From Nitratidesulfovibrio vulgaris str. Hildenborough (lineage in GTDB: Bacteria; Desulfobacterota; Desulfovibrionia; Desulfovibrionales; Desulfovibrionaceae): DNA of 32,000 nt. Both the position numbers and the translations under genes were made by a program. Each line of letters begins with the position of its first letter. The stretch's first letter is position 1. The notes under the pieces are model-generated. The model had not been told where the DNA came from. It ran no database searches and saw only the letters and a list, made by a program, of their open reading frames with translations. The DNA lies in the NCBI RefSeq assembly GCF_000195755.1, contig NC_005863.1, positions 60,001 through 92,000 on the forward strand, written 5' to 3'. Positions 25,372 through 32,000 of this stretch are shown one piece after another.

Positions 25372-26784
25372 ATGTACCGCAATATCGTGTTCAAGGGCGG
25401 GGGCATCAAGGGGCTGGCCTACGCCGGGGCCTTGCGCGCCATGGGGCGGCACGGGATGTTGCGGGATGTGCGCCGCACCGCCGGGACGTCGTCGGGAGCC
25501 ATGGCCGCCGTCTTTCTCGCACTGGGGGCCACGCCCGACCAGATGGTGGACATCCTGCTGCGCACCCCGTTCCACAAGTTCATGGACGGTTCGCGCTGGC
25601 TTGGCGGCGACTTGCAGCGACTGGTGCGCGATTTCGGCTGGTTCAAGGGCGAAGTGCTCGAACGCTGGGCGCGGTCGAACATCGGCGTGCTGACCGGAAA
25701 GCCGCACATGACCTTCGGTGAACTGCGCCAGCGGGCCGATGTCGAACCGGGGCGCTTTCTCGACCTCACGGTGGTGGGGGCCAACCTCTCGCGCGAGACG
25801 CCCGAACTCTTCAACGCCGAACGCACGCCCGACACCCCCATCCACGAGGCCCTGCGCATCTCCATGAGCATCCCGCTGTTCTTCACGGCGGTGCGCAACA
25901 GCCGGGGCGAGGTGCTGGTGGATGGCAGCGTCATCTGGAACTACCCCATCTCGCTGTACGACCGCGCACGCTACGTGATGCACGGCGATCACGTGCGGGG
26001 CGATGCCGGACACGGCGAAGCGGGGCGGAGCGGGGCGACGCGGGATGCTGCGGGGCGGTGTGATACGTCGGGCTGGAATGTGCCACCGAGAGACGCAAGC
26101 CGGGTACGCGCGGGGCAGGGTGATGCGGTGCACGGCAGCGCCGTGCGGGGCGAAGATGGTCCGGGCGATGCATCACCGGATGCTTGCGGGCGTCGCCTCA
26201 CTGGACAGGGCAACGCGATGCACGGTGAGGACGGGCAGGCTGACACCCCGCCGGGTGAGTCCAGACAGGGCGATGCGAGGCAGAACGTTGCCCTACGGGG
26301 TGACGCCGCTCCCGGCGAATATGGTCCGGGCGAATATGGTCCGGGCGATGCCAGACCAGGCGAAGCAGGACGCGGCGTAGCGAGGGGGGATACACCTCGG
26401 CAGGGCAAGGCCGGTCGGGGTGATGCGGGGCAGGGTGATGCATGTCCGCACAATCCCGACGCCGTGACCTTCAACCGCGAGACGCTGGGCTTCATGGTCG
26501 AATCGCGACACGGTGAGGAGTTGCTTCACCACGACGTCACCCCCGTGGCGGACTTCCGCACCTACCTGCGCTCCATTCTCGGCTTCATCACCGACAGCAT
26601 GCACAGCGCCTACCTGTCGGAACACGACTGGAAGCGTACCGTGCTCATCGACGCACTGGGGGTGCGTACCACCGACTTCCAGATCTCGCGCGAACAGGTG
26701 CGCAGCCTCATCGACAGTGGCGACAGGTGCGTCGAGGCCTTCATTGCCAGCCGCAAGGGCTACCGTGATGGGGGCATGGCATGA
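25372..26784 (+). CDS. Patatin-like phospholipase with a roughly 157-aa low-complexity insertion
   Basis: The oxyanion motif FKGGGIKG, the nucleophile motif GTSSGA and the catalytic Asp motif LVDGSV are present. ATG 25372 lies 6 nt after GAGGGG. An in-frame ATG at 25366 is an alternative start. Confidence 0.85.
   Translation: MYRNIVFKGGGIKGLAYAGALRAMGRHGMLRDVRRTAGTSSGAMAAVFLALGATPDQMVDILLRTPFHKFMDGSRWLGGDLQRLVRDFGWFKGEVLERWARSNIGVLTGKPHMTFGELRQRADVEPGRFLDLTVVGANLSRETPELFNAERTPDTPIHEALRISMSIPLFFTAVRNSRGEVLVDGSVIWNYPISLYDRARYVMHGDHVRGDAGHGEAGRSGATRDAAGRCDTSGWNVPPRDASRVRAGQGDAVHGSAVRGEDGPGDASPDACGRRLTGQGNAMHGEDGQADTPPGESRQGDARQNVALRGDAAPGEYGPGEYGPGDARPGEAGRGVARGDTPRQGKAGRGDAGQGDACPHNPDAVTFNRETLGFMVESRHGEELLHHDVTPVADFRTYLRSILGFITDSMHSAYLSEHDWKRTVLIDALGVRTTDFQISREQVRSLIDSGDRCVEAFIASRKGYRDGGMA
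26314..26343. repeat. 15-nt perfect tandem repeat x2 (GGCGAATATGGTCCG) inside the patatin insertion
   Basis: It encodes GEYGP twice. It is embedded in a longer degenerate G-D-A-rich tract. Confidence 0.9.
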
Positions 26785-27156
26785 GGGCGGGGATGCCGGG
26801 CGGGTGATGTCGTCCTCGGAGTACGCGCCCCGGTTGCGGCAGCGCACCAGCAGGACCATCGTCCCGGAAGCGTCATGCTGGCGAACATGGTGAGCAGTCC
26901 CTGTCTCAAGATTCGCATGACAGATAGATTACTGCAGAAGGCCTTGGAGACGCCTCCGGTGACGCGATGAAGATTGCACCTGCGGTCGCATCGGGTTTCA
27001 TGATGTCGATGCATCCTGCTTGGCCTTGCAGAAGGCAAGCAAGGTCATGCGCTGGCGGATGGACGACGACCATGCCTTTTGCGTGGCAGCATGTCCGGCG
27101 TGGTATCCTCCATGTACGGCCTGTCTTTCCGCGAGACAGGTGCGAACGGTTGCATG
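26785..27156. other. Convergent intergenic region containing the compositional junction (about 68% to 47-50% G+C at roughly 26,880-26,900)
   Basis: This is a direct reading of the sequence. Lines up to 26,880 are GC-rich, and lines from 26,881 onward are AT-richer. Only short ORFs with non-protein-like translations occur here. Confidence 0.7.
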
Positions 27157-28281
27157 TCATGCCCCATCGGAAAACAGGAAGCGACGGAATTTTACGGTCA
27201 TCGAGTGCATTGTGTGGGGCATTCGACTCGAGAATGCCTGAAATATCGCGTCGGGTGCGAGACCGGGATGTGCCGTCATTATTCTCTTCACACCCCGGTG
27301 CAAGAGAATGTACGCAAAAGCAATGGCCATGGAGATGATGACTATGCCCGGTGTGCGAATGAATACGAGTTTGAGTAGATTGGTGCTGTACCCTATCGGG
27401 ACAATAGACATCACTGCCGTGTGGAATATGTAGATGTACCCTGTGGTGGAGGCGATATGCTTCAGCATGTTCGTAGAAGTGTCGCCGAAATGGAGGTTCT
27501 TGAAGAGCAAGAACAACGATGCCGTGTAGACCATGATGAAGGGATTGTTACTATAGTAGAAGAATTCGCTGAGTGAACCTGTATGCATCGAGAGTGCGAA
27601 TCCCGACAGCGTGGCTAGGACAAGGCCAGATGCAGCACATATGACAAGTGCCCTTGTATTGAAACGTCTCGTCGTTGTCGCCAGCAAGTGCCCAAGCACG
27701 AAGTACCCTACGAAGTAGGAACCATAAAGCATGTTGTCGATGTATGACTTGTACAGCCCAAGGATATTGGAGAATAGCGGATTCATGATGCTGAAGAAGA
27801 CCCAGAGCATTACGAACAGTTTCTCCATGGACCTGTTCTTTGCCAGCTGCTGCAGTATCGGCGCCACAAGAACAAGCCCGATGAGCATGAAGAAGAACCA
27901 CATCCCCGAACCGAAACCGTCGTAGTAGTCATACACAATGCCCTTCAGCAAGGGCGTGGGGATGTTAAGATAGATGGCAAGTCCCTTGGCGATGACAAGG
28001 CCGAGAAAGAGATAGCCCGCATAGCTTGTCAGGTACTTGCCGTAGAAGCGCTTCACATCGGTGAGTGATTCTGTCGTTCGCGAAAGAAGGACGGCCCCGC
28101 TGCACATGATGAAGGCCGGTACTGCAAAGCGGGCCATCATTGAAACGAAATGGGATGAGAACCAGTCAAGACTCGCGGTGAATGTGCCAAGTTTGAAGCC
28201 TACGACGTGGATGATTACAACGAAATAGATGGAAACGATCTTCAATGCATCGAGATAGGCCAATCGTCTTGTGGTGCTCAT
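27157..28281 (-). CDS. Acyltransferase-3 family O-acyltransferase (integral membrane)
   Basis: The ATG (complement of 28279-28281) is preceded by AAGGAGG at 8-nt spacing. The N-terminal RRLAYLDALKIVSIYFVVIIHV motif and about 10 TM helices fit the AT3 family. It lies in the low-GC region. Confidence 0.8.
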   Translation of the reverse strand: MSTTRRLAYLDALKIVSIYFVVIIHVVGFKLGTFTASLDWFSSHFVSMMARFAVPAFIMCSGAVLLSRTTESLTDVKRFYGKYLTSYAGYLFLGLVIAKGLAIYLNIPTPLLKGIVYDYYDGFGSGMWFFFMLIGLVLVAPILQQLAKNRSMEKLFVMLWVFFSIMNPLFSNILGLYKSYIDNMLYGSYFVGYFVLGHLLATTTRRFNTRALVICAASGLVLATLSGFALSMHTGSLSEFFYYSNNPFIMVYTASLFLLFKNLHFGDTSTNMLKHIASTTGYIYIFHTAVMSIVPIGYSTNLLKLVFIRTPGIVIISMAIAFAYILLHRGVKRIMTAHPGLAPDAIFQAFSSRMPHTMHSMTVKFRRFLFSDGA

Positions 28282-28332
28282 GGGTGTAACCTCCTTGCTA
28301 CGTAGATGCAGGGCGTCTGGAAAACGATGCCG

Positions 28333-30315
28333 TCACCATTTTCGAGCGTCCTTTGTCCAGTAGCCATAGGCCCACCATGGGCGCGAGGGGTCGCGTTCGT
28401 CGGGGTGGAAGAGAGTCACGACGTTGGCGTCAGGCGCGTTGAGAACGATAAGCTTGTAGTTCGTTCCGTCAGACCTGTAGAGAAACTGTACGTTGTTTTC
28501 AGCTGTCTCTATGGGAAGAAAGTCTTGCTGTACGGGGTAGCTGCCTTTTTCTTTTCTTTCGGCTTCTATCGTGTCGCGCAACGAGGCTGCGTGTTCAAGG
28601 AGCTTGCTCGCGACTTCAGGGCGATGTTGATAGTATACGAAGCATATGTGCCATATGGAGAGAAAAACCACCATGACAGGTATAAAAGAAATGGCAGATA
28701 CTCTTGCACCATGTTGCGCGGGCTTGTTACGCAGCGCATGGAACGCAAAGGCAAGAGCCACTGTGGCCCATAGAGCGCACATGATATACACTTGGGCGTA
28801 GGTGTTGGCGTGGATGAATGCCTGCTTGCCTGCCACTTCCGGGCTGGTGCGAGGCAGGAAGGCGAAAGCCGGGCCATAACCGATGGCCACCCGAAGGAAA
28901 CTCGGATGCTCCATCCAAGCTATCGTCCTGTAGAGGTTGTCCCGTGCGCTCACCCCTTCCTTGAGCCCGAATTCGTTGATGGGGGACTGGGTATACCCCC
29001 ACGCAGGATTTGAGTTGAAGGCTACCGGGGCTAGCGTGCCGAAAATCGATGTGACCAGAAGCGCTGCGATGACGACCCGCGAGACGACACTCTTCTGTGC
29101 ACCTGCCCGCAGCCGCCAAAGGGTGAAGCCGAGAAAACCCAGAGGGACGAGAGGATAGAGGTATCTGAACCCGTAGGCTGAACCGGGCATGCGCCACAGC
29201 AGTACGGCGGCTATGGGGCCTGCCATGTAGAGTACGGCGAGAAGAGTCCATGCTATCCAGAGTGTGCGTTGACCGTGCCGGCGGGCGGAGGTGCCTCCAT
29301 GGAACAGGAGTGCCCCGACCCCGAAGAAGGCAATCGGCATGAAGCACCACAAGGGGAAGCTGTTGCCGACGAGGATGACCGGCAGCAGGGCAAGCCGCGA
29401 AGCCACAAGGGCTATCACGTCGCCCACGAACGCGATGAAGGTCGTATAGACCGGCACGTAGGAGTATATGTTGCCGTACGAGTCGAGTTTCGGTGCAGGC
29501 CCGGCATAGATTCCGTACATGAGCGCTATGGCCACGGCAAAGCATGGCACGAGGGCAAGCACGTACTGTGCCGTCTTGGCCAGAAACGTTCTCCTGTCGA
29601 ATGTCTGCATGGTCAGCATCAGACCAAGCAGTGCCAGAGGCGGGAACAGGACGGGGAAAATGGCGTGCAGTCTGGTGAGCCATGCCAGCGTGACGGCGAT
29701 GGCGGCCAGCAGCGCGTACAGCCACTGCCTTCTGGACTCTTCGCGGTACAACTGCACGGATGCGAAGAAGCACAGGGCGTAGTTGAAGAACTCGAACGCG
29801 TGCGCCATGAGCGGACGCATGAGTACGTAGAAGAGGATGCCCGTCCCCGTGCACAACAGAAAGACGAATGCCGGAGAGATGTCGATGAGGGAGCGCAAGC
29901 CCCGGTAATAGAGGTAGGCCCCCATCAGAAAATAGAATGATGACGATAGCCCGACCGCGAAGAAGGCCCACGACCCGAAATACTGGGCATGGTTCTGTAT
30001 GACGGGATGCTCCGCCATGCGGTCGAATATCGAGAAGAACGCCACGAAAGGCGCAGAGAGTACGCCAATGCCCGGAGGTACGGGCGGGGTTCCCCTGTAG
30101 GACTTGGCGTATTTTCCGAGTGACACCTCGTTCATGTAGTCGAGGTCGAAGTCCAGCCCCATGGTGAAGCTGTGCCCAAGCGTGCAGGCGTCGTCATGGA
30201 TTGCCTCTTTCGAATACCACCATGCATTGGCTCCGATTGTATAGGAAAGGCAGAAGACGGTGCCGATGACGAGAATGATGCCTATGGCGTCTTTCCATGC
30301 ATAGCGGGATGGCAT
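28333..30315 (-). CDS. Large polytopic membrane protein with a C-terminal soluble domain; candidate GT-C-fold glycosyltransferase (GtrC analogue)
   Basis: The 660-aa ORF is preceded by AAGGA at 6-nt spacing. It has at least 12 predicted TM helices and then a hydrophilic tail of about 100 aa. Its operon context (GT2-GtrA, methyltransferase, AT3) supports a glycan-modifying transferase. I recognised no specific family motif. Confidence 0.55.
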   Translation of the reverse strand: MPSRYAWKDAIGIILVIGTVFCLSYTIGANAWWYSKEAIHDDACTLGHSFTMGLDFDLDYMNEVSLGKYAKSYRGTPPVPPGIGVLSAPFVAFFSIFDRMAEHPVIQNHAQYFGSWAFFAVGLSSSFYFLMGAYLYYRGLRSLIDISPAFVFLLCTGTGILFYVLMRPLMAHAFEFFNYALCFFASVQLYREESRRQWLYALLAAIAVTLAWLTRLHAIFPVLFPPLALLGLMLTMQTFDRRTFLAKTAQYVLALVPCFAVAIALMYGIYAGPAPKLDSYGNIYSYVPVYTTFIAFVGDVIALVASRLALLPVILVGNSFPLWCFMPIAFFGVGALLFHGGTSARRHGQRTLWIAWTLLAVLYMAGPIAAVLLWRMPGSAYGFRYLYPLVPLGFLGFTLWRLRAGAQKSVVSRVVIAALLVTSIFGTLAPVAFNSNPAWGYTQSPINEFGLKEGVSARDNLYRTIAWMEHPSFLRVAIGYGPAFAFLPRTSPEVAGKQAFIHANTYAQVYIMCALWATVALAFAFHALRNKPAQHGARVSAISFIPVMVVFLSIWHICFVYYQHRPEVASKLLEHAASLRDTIEAERKEKGSYPVQQDFLPIETAENNVQFLYRSDGTNYKLIVLNAPDANVVTLFHPDERDPSRPWWAYGYWTKDARKW

Positions 30316-30358
30316 GACAGTTCCTTGCGATTGATGGTGCGTGCCTGTTGTCTGTCGA

Positions 30359-30988
30359 TCACGCTGTCTTGCGTACGATGATGATGCCCTGGGTCAGGCC
30401 CAGTCGATAGCTCATGCCCTGCTTCAGGATGGTCCCGTGGCGGCTGGCTGTTCTGAGGACTTCATCGAACGTGAGGGGGCGTTCATCATGGAAGGGCCAC
30501 CGCCCGATGAATTCGAGAAGCCCGCGTGTGAGCCTGTACAGCCATGTAGGCGTGGGGAACGAGATGTAGACGGTCCCCCCGGGTCTGGCGAGGGCGAAGT
30601 GTCTGTCTATCATGGTTGCGGTATCGGCTTCGTCGAAGTGTTCGATGAGTCCGAAGCTGATAACGCAGTCGGCCGTCTCGTGATATTCGGTGAGGTCATC
30701 TTGAAGGATGTCACGTTGTATGTATGCCGTATTCGGGTCGCCTGAAATCTTGCGCGCAAAGGCCTCGGTGGGGGCGCACCTGTCGACGAGGCTCAACCGT
30801 GCATGCGGGAAGAGGCTCTTGAAACGGTCATAGAAGATGGAATTGGCGCCGCCAAGCTCGACGAGGCTCTTCAGGCCGGGAGCGAATCGGGCCATGTCCT
30901 TCTTGAAGCTTGCGAAGGCAAGTTTCGAGGTGATGTCGGAGCATGTGCTTCTCGTGTCATAGTACGTGCACCAGTCCGTAACGCGCAT
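30359..30988 (-). CDS. Class I SAM-dependent methyltransferase
   Basis: The start is the complement of 30986-30988 (MRVTDWCTYYD...). Motif I is LVELGGANS, followed by DCVISFGLIEHF and LARPGGTVYISFP. The upstream part of ORF 30359..31471 is non-protein-like and overlaps the GT2-GtrA gene. Confidence 0.75.
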   Translation of the reverse strand: MRVTDWCTYYDTRSTCSDITSKLAFASFKKDMARFAPGLKSLVELGGANSIFYDRFKSLFPHARLSLVDRCAPTEAFARKISGDPNTAYIQRDILQDDLTEYHETADCVISFGLIEHFDEADTATMIDRHFALARPGGTVYISFPTPTWLYRLTRGLLEFIGRWPFHDERPLTFDEVLRTASRHGTILKQGMSYRLGLTQGIIIVRKTA

Positions 30989-32000
30989 CTCCCCCGGGCA
31001 TCCTTCTGCTTCGTGAAGATGAGTTCGCGCTGGATGATGAAGCTGAACAGGAAAAGGACACACTCTATGAAGATCTTTGCGGCATAGACATTGGTGCCGG
31101 ACGCCGCAAGAGCCTTGATGGAGACATAGGCGATGCTGCCCATCAGAAGGACGGTGAGGGCATACAGGAGGAGCGTGACGGAATGGCGCCGCGTGGAGCG
31201 GAACACGATCTCCCTGTTGACGGTGTAGTTGAAGGCACCCGCGCACAGCCGCGCAAAGACGATGCTGAGCCCCACGCTTGAACTGAGGGCGAAGAACGCG
31301 CCGAAGACGAGGTAGTCTATGGCGAAGGTCAGCAGCGCGGAGATGTTGAACCGGAGGAACACCATATAGATCTTGATGGAGTCCCAGAACGGGTTGAAGC
31401 TGGATGTCGCATTGTTGTCGATGTAGACGGTTTCGATGGGCAATTGTCTTAAAGGGATCTTCTGCTCGCAAACGGTCATGAGCATGTCCAGTTCGAAGTC
31501 GTAGCCACCAGACTTGAGTCTGAGCAACGAAGTGAACAGGAACGATGGGATGCCACGTAGACCGGTCTGCGTGTCTGTGATGTCGACGCCTGCGAGAAAG
31601 CGTGCGACGCTACGGGTCACGGTGTTGCCGAACCTGCTGCGGAACGGAACGGACTCCCCGTCGAATGCCCGCACCCCCAGCACCAGTTCCCGCCCGCCCG
31701 CCTGAAGGGCCTTTGCAACGGCGATGCAGTCCTTGGCGAGGTGCTGACCGTCAGCGTCCAGCGTCACAGCCCCCACGGTTTCGGGGTGGTTGACGGCGAT
31801 GTGGTTGATGCCCGTCTTGAGTGCGTTGCCCTTGCCGAGATTCGTCGCATGGCGCAGGACGGTGACCCCCATCCCCTCCAGGGCGTCGAACAGGTGCCGG
31901 TACTCCATGCCGCTACCGTCATCGACGCAGACGATGGCATGGAACGTGCCCGACTCTCCGAGTTCACGGACAATCCCGAGAAGACCGGGCGTGGGCTTGT
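30871..32000 (-). CDS. GT2 (GtrB / polyprenyl-phosphate glycosyltransferase-like) fused to a C-terminal GtrA-like domain; 5' end outside the window
   Basis: I translated the frame by hand and it stays open to nt 32000 (...GIVRELGESGTFHAIVCVDDGSGMEYRH...). GT2 motifs are present: VDDGS, NLGKGNALKTG, LDADGQH and DTQTGLRG. Then come four TM helices with the GtrA pattern (FLRFNISALLTFAIDYLVF...NYTVNREIVF...FIIQRELIF). Confidence 0.8.
   Translation of the reverse strand, partial: KPTPGLLGIVRELGESGTFHAIVCVDDGSGMEYRHLFDALEGMGVTVLRHATNLGKGNALKTGINHIAVNHPETVGAVTLDADGQHLAKDCIAVAKALQAGGRELVLGVRAFDGESVPFRSRFGNTVTRSVARFLAGVDITDTQTGLRGIPSFLFTSLLRLKSGGYDFELDMLMTVCEQKIPLRQLPIETVYIDNNATSSFNPFWDSIKIYMVFLRFNISALLTFAIDYLVFGAFFALSSSVGLSIVFARLCAGAFNYTVNREIVFRSTRRHSVTLLLYALTVLLMGSIAYVSIKALAASGTNVYAAKIFIECVLFLFSFIIQRELIFTKQKDARGRCALRTGARTMTREAHAPTSPRNLPSQASRRTWPDSLPA

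Noticed and set aside
3181-26343. The tandem repeat tracts considered as a possible CRISPR array or arrays.
   Set aside because: The units are 9-21 nt and directly abut one another with no spacers. They lie in frame inside coding sequences, and no cas genes are present.
25372-26784. The patatin-like phospholipase considered as an effector of a CBASS-type anti-phage system.
   Set aside because: No CD-NTase/cyclase, E1/E2-like, SAVED or other sensor gene is adjacent. The neighbours are PrsK upstream and the convergent low-GC operon downstream.
26881-27160. A possible integrase or transposase remnant, or a small gene (ORFs 26906..27160-, 26760..27038-, 26967..27338+), at the GC junction. There is also a GCCTT-gcag-AAGGC hairpin near 27020-27035.
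   Set aside because: I translated all frames by eye. No tyrosine-recombinase (LLGH, R-H-R-Y) or DDE motif is recognisable. The hairpin is short and lacks a U-tract on either strand. The evidence is not sufficient for a call.
1-32000. A PEP-CTERM substrate gene (C-terminal PEP motif, then a hydrophobic helix, then an Arg/Lys cluster), expected near an exosortase.
   Set aside because: None of the supported CDSs or plausible small ORFs ends with such a tail. The substrates are presumably encoded elsewhere. This absence is an observation only and is not evidence against the exosortase call.

Overview
The window has two parts with different composition. Nt 1 to about 26,880 is very GC-rich (sampled 60-nt lines are about 68% G+C). 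It carries about 19 co-directional plus-strand genes, many joined by 4-nt ATGA start/stop overlaps. These form an exosortase / PEP-CTERM-type exopolysaccharide locus: a Wzx-like flippase (5' partial), three GT-B glycosyltransferases, two hexapeptide-repeat acetyltransferases, an exosortase (XrtA-like), EpsI, and the sigma54-dependent response regulator PrsR. A 12.7-kb cassette follows: a 12-Asp-box beta-propeller protein, ATP-grasp 1, an AT3 acyltransferase, a DUF1624 acyltransferase-like protein, ATP-grasp 2, a PLP decarboxylase, a FemAB-like protein and a PaaK-like adenylating enzyme. The cognate histidine kinase PrsK comes only after this cassette. A stand-alone patatin-like phospholipase gene follows. 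At about 26,880-26,900 the G+C drops abruptly to about 47-50%. From there to the window end a convergent minus-strand operon encodes a Gtr-like glycan-modification set: a GT2-GtrA fusion (5' partial), a SAM methyltransferase, a large polytopic GT-C-like membrane protein and an AT3 O-acyltransferase. This looks like a horizontally acquired island.

The most unusual observations are three. First, the amide/ester-bond-forming enzyme cassette sits between PrsR and PrsK. Second, nearly every gene in the GC-rich part carries short tandem repeats (periods 9, 12, 15, 18 or 21 nt, always 3n) and low-complexity insertions, and comparing the two ATP-grasp paralogs shows these are insertions. Third, there is the sharp compositional junction with the Gtr-like island.

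I found no rRNA, tRNA, CRISPR array, transposase, PEP-CTERM substrate gene or convincing sigma54 promoter. All family assignments come from reading motifs by eye and need HMM or BLAST confirmation. The Desulfovibrio-like origin is only an impression from composition and gene content.
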